A stretch of 41,519 bases of DNA from a phage, in sequence record NC_093711.1; one strand, given 5' to 3'. Shown piece by piece: positions 9,757-18,135 of the stretch. The translations under genes were made by a program, and so were the position numbers. The notes beneath the pieces are model-generated. The model saw only the letters and a list, made by a program, of their open reading frames with translations, did no database searches and was not told the origin of the DNA. Every line of letters starts with the position of its first letter. Position 1 is the first letter of the stretch.

Positions 9757-10887
9757 ATGGCCCAGAAGAAAATAACCGACGAACAGTTGCAGGAAGAATT
9801 GAACGCCGGTATGAAGAATATCGACATCGCCCGTAAATACGGCATCTCCGACCGCGTTATTCGTATCCGTAAAGCGAAGCTGGCTAAGAAAGGTGTAGGC
9901 CACGGGCGTGACGTTAGTTACCTTGTACCGGACGGCTACAAGATTAAAGGAACGTCATCACTGGTGGATGAGTTTGGCAACACCAAGTTGCAATGGGTTA
10001 AGACCGACACCGATGCCGAACGTCAGGTTGAATTGATGAAAGCCGTAATCGAAGGCATGAAGTCGGAGATTACACCAGTTGCACCTGTTAAAGCCGTTCG
10101 CGCCAAACGTGACGACAAGCTGCTAAATCTTTACACTGTATCTGATTTCCATCTCGGTATGCTGGCCTGGGCCGACGAGAGCGGCGACGACTGGGATATG
10201 AAAATCGCGGAAGACCTGTTCTCTCGATGGTTCGATGCTGCGTTTCAGAAAGCGCCAGATGCAGGAACAGGAGTTATTAACCTGCTAGGCGACCTTGCGC
10301 ACTTCGATAGTCTGGACGCCGTTACACCTGCAAGCGGTCACGTTCTTGACGCTGACACCCGCTATCAGAAACTTGTACGCTACATGATTCGTATGGTGCG
10401 TCGTGTTATCGATATGGCCCTCGTTAAGCATAAAAATGTTCGCTTGCTTATTGTGCAAGGGAACCACGACGAGAGCGGAATGATTTGGTTAGCTGAGATG
10501 TTCAGTACGCTGTACGACAATGAGCCGCGTGTGTTCGTCGATACGTCGCCGGATGTTTACAAGATGGTGCAACACGGCAAAACGACGCTGTTCTTCCATC
10601 ATGGGCATAAAGCACGATTCGACGCTATCGAACCGGTTATGATCGCCAAGTTCCGCAAAGCGTTCGGCGAGAGTGTTTACAGCTACGCCCACGTGGGTCA
10701 CCTGCACCACCAAAAGATTGTAGAAAGCCGTAACATGATTGTTGAGCAACACCGCACTCTCGCGGCTAAAGATGCATATGCCTCCCGCGGTGGGTGGATG
10801 TCGGGCCGCAGTGCAAACGTAATTACTTATAGCGCCGAATATGGCGAGGTCGCACGTTTAACTATTTCACCGGAGATGCTTGGATGA
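9757..10887 (+). CDS. calcineurin-like metallophosphoesterase with N-terminal HTH-like domain
   Basis: 376-aa ORF with five metallophosphoesterase motifs in order (DFH, GDLAH, GNHDE, HHGH, GHLHH). The N-terminal ~110 aa carry an HTH-like segment (NIDIARKYGISDRVIRIRKAKL). Stop overlaps the next start (ATGA). Confidence 0.7.
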   Translation: MAQKKITDEQLQEELNAGMKNIDIARKYGISDRVIRIRKAKLAKKGVGHGRDVSYLVPDGYKIKGTSSLVDEFGNTKLQWVKTDTDAERQVELMKAVIEGMKSEITPVAPVKAVRAKRDDKLLNLYTVSDFHLGMLAWADESGDDWDMKIAEDLFSRWFDAAFQKAPDAGTGVINLLGDLAHFDSLDAVTPASGHVLDADTRYQKLVRYMIRMVRRVIDMALVKHKNVRLLIVQGNHDESGMIWLAEMFSTLYDNEPRVFVDTSPDVYKMVQHGKTTLFFHHGHKARFDAIEPVMIAKFRKAFGESVYSYAHVGHLHHQKIVESRNMIVEQHRTLAAKDAYASRGGWMSGRSANVITYSAEYGEVARLTISPEMLG

Positions 10888-11369
10888 AAGATATTGTGAT
10901 TTTCGATTTAGACGGGACATTGGCAGATGGTACTCATCGTTTACACCTGCTGCCGAAAGATAACTACGGCGAAACCTGGGCGTGGAAACCATTTAACATG
11001 GCGTGCAAAGACGATGCACCCATTAAAGATAACATCGAACTGTGTAACGCCCTTAATCGTCGCTATGCCGTTATTATCTTAACAGGCCGTAGTGATGACG
11101 CGGAAAAAGAAACCAGAATGTGGTTGCAGCGCCACCGCGTCGAATTTTATCAGTTAATCATGCGCAGCAAACACGACAACAGAAAAGACATCGTAATTAA
11201 AGAAGAGGTGTTGCGTGCTATTGGGCCGGAGAGAATCTTGTGTGCATTCGACGACTCTCCAGCGGTAATAAAGCATTTCCGCGGACTCGGTATAACCACT
11301 CACGCGGTTACTGAATACGACTGTAACGGGAACTCTACTCACTTAAAACCGCACGGGAGCGATAAATAA
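10884..11369 (+). CDS. HAD-superfamily phosphatase (polynucleotide 3'-phosphatase / 5'-nucleotidase-like)
   Basis: 161-aa ORF with an N-terminal DxDGT motif (FDLDGTLADG) and downstream acidic motifs (AFDDSP). Translationally coupled on both sides. Confidence 0.7.
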   Translation: MKDIVIFDLDGTLADGTHRLHLLPKDNYGETWAWKPFNMACKDDAPIKDNIELCNALNRRYAVIILTGRSDDAEKETRMWLQRHRVEFYQLIMRSKHDNRKDIVIKEEVLRAIGPERILCAFDDSPAVIKHFRGLGITTHAVTEYDCNGNSTHLKPHGSDK

Positions 11370-11923
11370 TGGCTAAGGTAATTATTCTTAATGGTCCTGC
11401 TGGTTGCGGGAAAGACACTCTTGCTATGGCGCTGGTAGAAATGGGCTTTGCAAAAGGAACTGCCAGTTTCAAGACTCCAATGTTCAATATTGCTTTGGCA
11501 GCGTTAGGCCCGGATGTTTACCACGAGTTTCTCGACGGCTACGACGACCGAGCGCGGAAAGAAAAGCAGGAAGGCTTCCTTAATGGTTTGTCGCGACGTC
11601 AGTTCATGATTGCTATCTCTGAACAATTCATTAAACCGGTGCTTGGTAGTGATTATTTCGGTAAGTATCTTGCTGAAAACTTGCCCGACGGCAACGAAGT
11701 TTTTGTAGTGTCCGACGGTGGATTCGCCAGCGAAGTAGCCCCTATCGTTGCCGCAGGGCATGATGTGAGAATCGTTCGCTTGCACAGAGACGGCTATACG
11801 TTTGAAGGGGACAGCCGTGGTTACCTGTACGATATTGATGGTGTAAAAGATTATGACACCTACATCATACCGGGTTACGTTAAATCGAACGCTATAGGTA
11901 TTGCTTTAATATTAGGTTTGTAA
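11369..11923 (+). CDS. P-loop kinase (dNMP kinase-like or polynucleotide kinase-like)
   Basis: 184-aa ORF with a Walker A motif GPAGCGKDT near the N-terminus. The GKDT variant is recalled from T4-type dNMP kinase. Start overlaps the upstream stop (TAATG). Confidence 0.65.
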   Translation: MAKVIILNGPAGCGKDTLAMALVEMGFAKGTASFKTPMFNIALAALGPDVYHEFLDGYDDRARKEKQEGFLNGLSRRQFMIAISEQFIKPVLGSDYFGKYLAENLPDGNEVFVVSDGGFASEVAPIVAAGHDVRIVRLHRDGYTFEGDSRGYLYDIDGVKDYDTYIIPGYVKSNAIGIALILGL

Positions 11924-11925
11924 GA

Positions 11926-11950
11926 AAAAGGCCCCGAAAGGGGCCTTAGT
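11926..11950. terminator. bidirectional rho-independent terminator
   Basis: GC hairpin GGCCCCGAAAGGGGCC flanked by an A-run and a T-run, between the convergent kinase gene (+) and major tail gene (-). Confidence 0.7.
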
Positions 11951-11951
11951 T

Positions 11952-13124
11952 TTATGCGTAGGTGATGCGCTGAATAACAATAGACGACTGGTACTGGTTA
12001 CCAGTAGCCTGGCCTTCGATGGACTGAGTGATTGACTCAGGCCCGCCAATCTCAGGTGTAACCGCGGTAAGTTCTGCACGTTTCAAGCTGAAAGACATAG
12101 CCCCGTTTACCCCCGCCAGAATAGAGTTAATCTCCACCTGCTGCTCGTTGATAAACTTCTGAATCATCGCCATGTCGTACAGCTTACCGGAGATGGAGAA
12201 GGTGTTAGCTGCTCGGCTACGCTCCACAAACGCTACGTTAGTGTTGCCGAGTTCGAACTGTGCGGACGCGCTGTTGTCGTTGGTGATGGTCAGGCTGTCG
12301 CAACGCAACGGCGTAGAACCGTCGAACACAGAAACATCGACCGAGGAGAATGGCTCGTCACCAAACGTAACAGAGGAGAAATCAGAACCAGACGGCTGCG
12401 TGGTGAGAATCTCCTGACTGCGACCGATGAACGGGAAGCTGCCAGTTACCATAGCGTTAACAGCCTGTTCGATGGTAAAACCAGAAACTTCCACGCCTTT
12501 GGTTAGTGTGTACGCGTCAGTCCCGCCGCACTGGCCTTTGTACCAGGTGAGAATAGAGAACGTCTTGCACTGGCTTCCCGTTTCCAGTTTATCCCCTGTC
12601 TTAGCGGCGGTAGTTACTGTCTCTGTGGTCAGGGTATGCTGGATACCCGCCCCGGTCACTACCAGTGCCTCTACTGCAGTTACGATAAACGGTTTTGCGT
12701 TGTCACCGGTTAAGTCGGTAAACGCAATCAGGTCGCCCACTTCAACGCCGTCAGAAATAAAGCTACCTTCGGCACGGGTAAAGGTCTTGCCTGCAGGCGC
12801 GACGGTAATTGATAGCCCGGTCAGAGAACTACCGGATTGCCATGTAGAGCCTAAAGCACCCGCCAGCCAGTCGTCCTGGCTTTTCGAGCTAAGCTCAATA
12901 GCGTATTCTCCGCTAACCTGCTTGTTACCGGTGCGGATTGACGTAGTTTCACGGCTGCCGTCCAGTTCGTTGGAGGTCAGCGTGTCGCGGGTAATGGCAG
13001 GAACGCCACCTGTGTTACGCAATGGCGACCAGACCGGGTTAGTCGGTGTTACGCCCGGGGTAGTTTCTGCCACATAGAATTGCGCAGTATTCGCGCCCTT
13101 AAAAGGAGTTGTAGCCATATTCAC
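11952..13124 (-). CDS. major tail protein
   Basis: 390-aa ORF in the canonical position after the tail terminator-like gene. Thr/Ser/Gly-rich, beta-rich composition. Confidence 0.55.
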   Translation of the reverse strand: MNMATTPFKGANTAQFYVAETTPGVTPTNPVWSPLRNTGGVPAITRDTLTSNELDGSRETTSIRTGNKQVSGEYAIELSSKSQDDWLAGALGSTWQSGSSLTGLSITVAPAGKTFTRAEGSFISDGVEVGDLIAFTDLTGDNAKPFIVTAVEALVVTGAGIQHTLTTETVTTAAKTGDKLETGSQCKTFSILTWYKGQCGGTDAYTLTKGVEVSGFTIEQAVNAMVTGSFPFIGRSQEILTTQPSGSDFSSVTFGDEPFSSVDVSVFDGSTPLRCDSLTITNDNSASAQFELGNTNVAFVERSRAANTFSISGKLYDMAMIQKFINEQQVEINSILAGVNGAMSFSLKRAELTAVTPEIGGPESITQSIEGQATGNQYQSSIVIQRITYA

Positions 13125-13537
13125 AGCCTCTTGGTGAATGCAATAAAGTTAATTGACAATGGTCGTTTGGCCCATCCGTTTTCTACAATCAGCGGCCCCA
13201 GGCTAACCGATTGAACCTCGGCGCAGATGTCGTTACGTGAAAATGACTTACCTGCTTTAAACGCCGTGTTAAGTAAGTCTGCCATTTTATTGATTGGCGC
13301 GCTACCTTTCACCGATGCGTAGTTAATGTCGACCTGATAAACACCTGAGCGTTGTTCCGTGAAGAACAAGTCCGCCTGTTCTGTATCCGCCAGCAGCATG
13401 TAACTTGCCAGATACGGCGTATCAGTTGACGTCGGTGCGTCGATGTTTTCAAGCGCGACCTTGATGCCGTTGGTTGTCCCGAAGGCTACCAGCGGCGCAT
13501 CAAACGCTTTTGTTAAGTCCTCAAAGTAACCCATCAT
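13121..13537 (-). CDS. tail completion / tail terminator-like protein
   Basis: 138-aa ORF, positional assignment within the head-tail joining cluster. Confidence 0.35.
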   Translation of the reverse strand: MMGYFEDLTKAFDAPLVAFGTTNGIKVALENIDAPTSTDTPYLASYMLLADTEQADLFFTEQRSGVYQVDINYASVKGSAPINKMADLLNTAFKAGKSFSRNDICAEVQSVSLGPLIVENGWAKRPLSINFIAFTKRL

Positions 13538-13929
13538 TTCACCTTGTTGGCTTCTTCGTTAATGAGTTGCTGGAAGCGGGACACGTTAGTCCTGACCATG
13601 CCTTGCGGCGCCTGTTGCGACCAGCCATACTCCAGCCGTTGTGCATACGGCAGATTATTTGTCAGCGTGAACTCGCGCCAGTCGGCGGCTTTCAGTACGA
13701 AACTCGTGGCGTTTCCGGCTGCCGTGTTTCCTGATTTATCCCTAGCGTCCGTAATCCCGGAAGCAGGTGTACCCCCAGACGCCATCCAGTTCATACGGAA
13801 TCGGCCTGTATCTACCGGACTCGCCTTTATGATAGCGGAAAACAGCTTGATAGACACCTGACGCATCACCTTCTCAGGGTTCTTCTTCGCCTTTTCTACG
13901 AACTTAGATACATCAAGCGCGAAACTCAT
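13534..13929 (-). CDS. head-tail joining protein (HK97 gp10-like neck protein)
   Basis: 131-aa ORF, positional assignment. Confidence 0.35.
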   Translation of the reverse strand: MSFALDVSKFVEKAKKNPEKVMRQVSIKLFSAIIKASPVDTGRFRMNWMASGGTPASGITDARDKSGNTAAGNATSFVLKAADWREFTLTNNLPYAQRLEYGWSQQAPQGMVRTNVSRFQQLINEEANKVK

Positions 13930-14384
13930 TTTCTCACCTGAATAAAGTAGGCCACGACATCATCGTTAACCATCTTCTTCTCAATAGCTACGATGGACCA
14001 TTGCTCGCCGCCGAATTGTACCTTGTCTTCCATCTTCGGAACGACGCTGTAATTGGCTTTAACAACCATGTCGCCAGCCTGAATCGTCGTACCGTTTACC
14101 AGTCCCGCGTTTACCGGAACCGGAACCGCTTTCAACGGCAACACTTCATCCGCAGACCAGACGTACTCACCGAGAACTTCATCCCACACTTTCGAGCCAG
14201 CGCGAATCAGAGATACCGTGCTACCGAATTTGGTTAGAAGGCGTGTACCAACGCCTTGCATACGTTTACTGAAAGCGGTGCTCATCAGGCGGCCTCCAGT
14301 CTCGAGATAACCAGTAATGCGGATGGTGTTATCAGGGAGGTTCGCACCGATAAGGGTGAACATCTCTGTTTTAGTTTTCGCCAT
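13926..14384 (-). CDS. head closure / head-tail adaptor protein
   Basis: 152-aa ORF, positional assignment. Confidence 0.35.
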   Translation of the reverse strand: MAKTKTEMFTLIGANLPDNTIRITGYLETGGRLMSTAFSKRMQGVGTRLLTKFGSTVSLIRAGSKVWDEVLGEYVWSADEVLPLKAVPVPVNAGLVNGTTIQAGDMVVKANYSVVPKMEDKVQFGGEQWSIVAIEKKMVNDDVVAYFIQVRK

Positions 14385-14386
14385 TT

Positions 14387-14899
14387 TTAACCCCGGTACA
14401 CGTTAAACGAGAAGCCATTGTTAAGACCGCCGCACAGTAACGGGCGTAATGCGTCGTCAGCAGCGGTAATCGAAGTTGTGGCGCCACTGTTGCCGTTGTT
14501 GAAGTATGTCACTGTCACAGCACCCTCAACACGCTCAGTCTGCACGGAACGCCCATCTGAGTTAGCCCGAACATCAGTACCCGCACCATACGTAACCGCA
14601 GCGATTACTTGTGCCCGGATTAACTGCGACGGGATAACATTATCCGCTACGGTGAAGCCGTTTAGTGTTGTTCCTGTACGTGGGTACGCCAGAGACTGTT
14701 CAGCGGATACGCGACGCCCGCACATCTGAGGTTCTGCAAGCCCAACATAAGTAGCACCGTTGCGCAGGGCCACCTCTGCGGCGGTATCGTCTGCCGGCAA
14801 CACAAGACCGTAATTAGCCGCTAACGCGCGGGCGTCGGCCAGACTAACGTAACTGTCGGCATCAGGTACTATCGACCCATCTTCCACGATTAGCGGCAT
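14387..14899 (-). CDS. head-tail connector protein (gp6-like)
   Basis: 170-aa ORF between the capsid region and neck genes. Confidence 0.45.
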   Translation of the reverse strand: MPLIVEDGSIVPDADSYVSLADARALAANYGLVLPADDTAAEVALRNGATYVGLAEPQMCGRRVSAEQSLAYPRTGTTLNGFTVADNVIPSQLIRAQVIAAVTYGAGTDVRANSDGRSVQTERVEGAVTVTYFNNGNSGATTSITAADDALRPLLCGGLNNGFSFNVYRG

Positions 14900-14902
14900 A
14901 AA

Positions 14903-15079
14903 TTATTCCTCTGATTTCGCCTGGCGCTGGCGGCGCTGGCGGCGTGGTGTCTCTTCTTTAGCCGATTCTACCACGGTGCCTTCTGGTGCGAAACGAGCAT
15001 CTACCACACGGAACCCCTGACGGTTATACTCGCGCTTCTGCTCGATGGTAATCGGCATTGGTACGTATTTAATTTCCAT
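14903..15079 (-). CDS. small basic protein (58 aa), not in the ORF track
   Basis: Start MEIKYVPMPITIEQ is preceded by an AGGAG Shine-Dalgarno ~9 nt upstream; Arg/Gln-rich C-terminus. Lies between the capsid terminator and the connector gene. Below the 60-aa track cutoff. Confidence 0.4.
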   Translation of the reverse strand: MEIKYVPMPITIEQKREYNRQGFRVVDARFAPEGTVVESAKEETPRRQRRQRQAKSEE

Positions 15080-15095
15080 TTTAATTTCTCCTAGT

Positions 15096-15123
15096 AAAAA
15101 GGGGCCGTAGCCCCTTTGTTTTT
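15096..15123 (-). terminator. rho-independent terminator/attenuator downstream of the major capsid gene
   Basis: Minus-strand hairpin GGGGCTACGGCCCC followed by a T-run. Confidence 0.6.
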
Positions 15124-15136
15124 ACCACTAACGGTA

Positions 15137-16123
15137 TCACTTGTCCGCGTCGGCGATTGCCAGAGTACCGAGGGTGTGCTTGTTCTCGGCAACAGCTTTG
15201 TCCCAGTTGGTCCCGGTGAACAGTTCTGCGTCCAGCGGAGATTTACCGCCGTTGGCGACATCCCAGCTATAGCCTTTCAGTTTCAGGCCGAAGCTGTAAT
15301 CCGCCTGCCAGGTGGTCTGGATGCGGGTGTTACCGTTGCTGGTATCAATGTTGCTGATAATGTCAGAAGCATTATCAACGATGATGCCGTTTGCAACTAC
15401 GGACAGGACCTTAGTCTTGTTCGGAGCACCGGCCTTGTTCGGAGCACCGGCCTCGTACAGCGCAGGAATGTCAGAGATTACGTAACGCTTGCCGAGAACA
15501 TCGACAACCATAACGTTACCGGCAACGAACAGCTGGTTTGCGTTAGTCAGCGCTTTATCTACCAGCGTGTGATAAGCAGCACCAGTCATGATGTCGGTAA
15601 TCAGCAGCTGAGACTGGTCGCCGAATTTAGCGTGGCTGTTGTTCAGCACGTTCAGGGACAGACCCACGGTTGCAGATACGTCGTTAACCAGCGAGGCCTG
15701 ACCAGATACCGCCGCAACAGCTGCGCCAACAGCGGTGTTGAGCTGGTCTGCTAACAGCGCATCGGAGAAGCCTTCGGAAATAGCACGAATCGCGCTTGCC
15801 GGGTCTTCGTTAAGCCAGGTCATTTGCGCAGGCTCGAACAGTACCGGTCCGAAGCCGCCAGCGACTTTAACGCCCACATGCTCGCCCTGAGTCAGCGCGG
15901 TAGCTGCCTGAGACTCGATAGCGGCGTAACGGTCAACGCGGCGTTTAGCGGAGGCAATCTGGTTAAAGAAAGACTCACGGGAGAAGTCACCGCGCCATGA
16001 AGCGGTAGACAGTACAATTGCGCCACCGGAGGCTGCGTTAAACTGGTCAGTTTTCTGGCCAAGCAGTTCGATAGTGGTACCGACGATATCGTCGTTATAA
16101 ACCTTCATATCTGACAGAGACAT
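15137..16123 (-). CDS. major capsid protein
   Basis: 328-aa ORF directly downstream of the scaffold gene and followed by a terminator. Contains a perfect 18-bp tandem duplication (15417-15452). Confidence 0.75.
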   Translation of the reverse strand: MSLSDMKVYNDDIVGTTIELLGQKTDQFNAASGGAIVLSTASWRGDFSRESFFNQIASAKRRVDRYAAIESQAATALTQGEHVGVKVAGGFGPVLFEPAQMTWLNEDPASAIRAISEGFSDALLADQLNTAVGAAVAAVSGQASLVNDVSATVGLSLNVLNNSHAKFGDQSQLLITDIMTGAAYHTLVDKALTNANQLFVAGNVMVVDVLGKRYVISDIPALYEAGAPNKAGAPNKTKVLSVVANGIIVDNASDIISNIDTSNGNTRIQTTWQADYSFGLKLKGYSWDVANGGKSPLDAELFTGTNWDKAVAENKHTLGTLAIADADK

Positions 16124-16129
16124 ATTCTG

Positions 16130-16756
16130 TTATCCTCGTTTGCCGTATTTGGCGTTAAGTTTTTGCTGGATTACGTCCGCACCACCGGCCCCGCCAGTAG
16201 AATTTTTGTTACCGGAAGCCCCGCCGCCGGTTGCTGCATCTGCTTTAATCAGATGCGAAAATGCTTTGTGCTCACGCAGATACTTTTTAAATTGCTCTGC
16301 GTCGGTGGTGATGACATTACCGTCTGCACCTGTGAACTTGGTCACAACGTCATCGCCGTCAAATTCGGTCTTGACCATCATAGCGATAATATCCGCTGCG
16401 CTCTCATCAATCAACATTCCAGACAACTGGCTGATAACTGATTTACGTTCCGCGCCGAGGATACGCTCAGCCATTTTGCTAATCTTACCGTCTTTCTCGG
16501 CGAGTACTGGCTCATACTGACTGCGCAACGTTTTCTCGAATGCCTCAAGTTCGCCGTTCTGTTTTGCGCGTTCCTGTTCGGCTTTCAGCTTCGCATCTGC
16601 GGCTTCTTTCGCGGCAGCGGCGGCAGCTTTCTTTTCAGACAAGAGTTTCTCGTTGTTAGCTTTAAGACCGGATACCAGCGCGTCAACTTCTTCTTTGGTA
16701 AACGTGGTCTTAGTCTCTTGTTGTTCGATAGTTTCGTCTTTCACTTCTTCGCTCAT
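16130..16756 (-). CDS. scaffolding protein
   Basis: Acidic N-terminus and Ala/Lys/Glu-rich coiled-coil-like middle. Likely start is the internal Met (MSEEVKDE) with an AGGGGA Shine-Dalgarno; the track ORF extends to 16807. Confidence 0.6.
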   Translation of the reverse strand: MSEEVKDETIEQQETKTTFTKEEVDALVSGLKANNEKLLSEKKAAAAAAKEAADAKLKAEQERAKQNGELEAFEKTLRSQYEPVLAEKDGKISKMAERILGAERKSVISQLSGMLIDESAADIIAMMVKTEFDGDDVVTKFTGADGNVITTDAEQFKKYLREHKAFSHLIKADAATGGGASGNKNSTGGAGGADVIQQKLNAKYGKRG

Positions 16757-16835
16757 CAGTATGTCCCCTGGACGTTGGAATCCGGGCCACCCGGATTTAC
16801 ATGTCAAGAATAAATTATTCCAACATACAAGGCAA

Positions 16836-17099
16836 CTATTCCAGAATATTCCTCACGTAATCCTGCAACATGAACACTTTAAGTCTCAGTTGCCGTACAC
16901 ATTCTGCGTTCTGGACGTCAATAGCTAAATCCTCGTCCGCGTCGTTACTTGGCAGTGCCAGTTTGCACGGCGGCTGCATCATCGTCGTATCCGGGGATGG
17001 AATTGGCGTTTGCGACGGCGCGGGACTTGAGCTGCACGCGCTCAGGGTCAAAAGTGCACACGCTGCGGCCAGGCGTTTTAATGTACTTAACGACTTCAC
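16836..17099 (-). CDS. o-spanin (Rz1-like outer membrane lipoprotein)
   Basis: 87-aa ORF in a different frame overlapping the 3' end of the Rz-like gene. Lipoprotein signal with lipobox (LLTLSAC), then a Pro-rich segment. Confidence 0.6.
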   Translation of the reverse strand: MKSLSTLKRLAAACALLTLSACSSSPAPSQTPIPSPDTTMMQPPCKLALPSNDADEDLAIDVQNAECVRQLRLKVFMLQDYVRNILE

Positions 17100-17331
17100 G
17101 GGTGATTACCTCTGATTTCGTCTTGCCTTCGTTATCAGCGGCGGCGGCCTTCGATTCATCCTGCTGCTGCCGTTGTGTTTTCTTCGCTAACTCAGCCAGC
17201 GCCTTCTGCTGTTGCTGCGAAACGAGATTCTCCCGGCCTTCGTTCCAGCCGATGCGGTATTGATAATAGCCGTGAGCGTATAACAGGATGATGAAACATG
17301 CTCCCGCTACGACAGTTGCTTTAAGATTCAT
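16945..17331 (-). CDS. i-spanin (Rz-like)
   Basis: 128-aa ORF with an N-terminal transmembrane helix (ATVVAGACFIILLYA) followed by a Gln/Lys/Ala-rich coiled-coil region. Confidence 0.6.
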   Translation of the reverse strand: MNLKATVVAGACFIILLYAHGYYQYRIGWNEGRENLVSQQQQKALAELAKKTQRQQQDESKAAAADNEGKTKSEVITREVVKYIKTPGRSVCTFDPERVQLKSRAVANANSIPGYDDDAAAVQTGTAK

Positions 17332-17355
17332 GTTTCTCCTTTCTCGATAAGTAAA

Positions 17356-17375
17356 GCCCCGCTTTAAGGCGGGGC
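17356..17375 (-). terminator. terminator-like hairpin in the leader ~25 nt upstream of the Rz start
   Basis: Minus-strand GCCCCGCC-TTAAA-GCGGGGC followed by TTTACTT. Possible attenuator. Confidence 0.4.
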
Positions 17376-17410
17376 GCTAGTCCTTATCATTTAAACATAG
17401 AAACGGCGTA

Positions 17411-17600
17411 ATCTCAGTAAACCAGTTACTTTTTACACAAGCAATAGAGTATGGCCCTTCCGAACGCGTCAGCGTAACTACACTCAGGACTTACGTCCCG
17501 CTCCGTTACCTGCCCGCGCCGCGGTCGCTTGTTCATACTTCACAAGCTCAGGTGGAGCTTATCATATTTTTAGTGAAAAGTCAACTATTCGAATAGTTTA
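17411..17600. other. conserved non-coding element, copy A (paralogous to 29440-29630)
   Basis: ~190-bp intergenic block. A 34-nt stretch (17518-17551, CCGCGGTCGCTTGTTCATACTTCACAAGCTCAGG) is identical to 29550-29583. No conserved ORF on either strand. Confidence 0.6.
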
Positions 17601-17644
17601 TTCCGACATTTACAATTGAGTGGAATAACTGGAATAATCACAGG

Positions 17645-17668
17645 CACTAAAAAGCCCCTTTCGGGGCT
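17645..17668 (-). terminator. rho-independent terminator after the Ig-like protein gene
   Basis: Minus-strand hairpin GAAGCCCCGAAAGGGGCTT followed by TTTTT. Confidence 0.65.
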
Positions 17669-17673
17669 TCAGT

Positions 17674-18135
17674 TTATTCTGGCTTAGTAACCTTCGCCGC
17701 TTTACTGACGGCCTCTACCCCATCGGCATCGGTGACTTTAACGAAGTATTCACCGACAGCATTAACCGTCAGAGACAAAGCCTCTTCTGGGGCGTTTACC
17801 ACTTCCTTGCCGTCTTTGTACCAGGTCAACGCGTAAGGTGCTTTTCCCGCCTTAACTTCGACAGTGATAGTTGCGCTGCCGTCTGCCAGTTCAGCGTCCT
17901 GCGGTTGCGCAGAGAAGTACACATCACCAGCGTCCGCCAGATACGGAATTTCATAAAGCATACCCGCCGCGGACAGCGAAATACCGGTTTTATCTGCAAA
18001 CGGCATATCGTCTACAGGTGTACCTAGTACACTTTCGTCCCCAATAGACACCACGTTCTCCCCGGATCCGGACACGCGAGCAAACTGGACTACACGACGC
18101 GACGGCACATCAGTTACTTTGAAAAATCCCATCAT
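17674..18135 (-). CDS. Ig-like domain protein (possible head decoration protein)
   Basis: 153-aa ORF with a beta-rich C-terminal half. Lies between head morphogenesis and scaffold/capsid genes. Confidence 0.4.
   Translation of the reverse strand: MMGFFKVTDVPSRRVVQFARVSGSGENVVSIGDESVLGTPVDDMPFADKTGISLSAAGMLYEIPYLADAGDVYFSAQPQDAELADGSATITVEVKAGKAPYALTWYKDGKEVVNAPEEALSLTVNAVGEYFVKVTDADGVEAVSKAAKVTKPE

Noticed and set aside
15116-15754. Plus-strand 212-aa ORF antisense to the major capsid gene
   Set aside because: Antisense to the capsid gene; its STGLVRSTGLV repeat merely mirrors the 18-bp duplication.
16100-17000. CRISPR-like or iteron repeat arrays
   Set aside because: No regularly spaced direct repeats with unique spacers anywhere in the window; the repeats found are two single tandem duplications and the dispersed operator palindromes.
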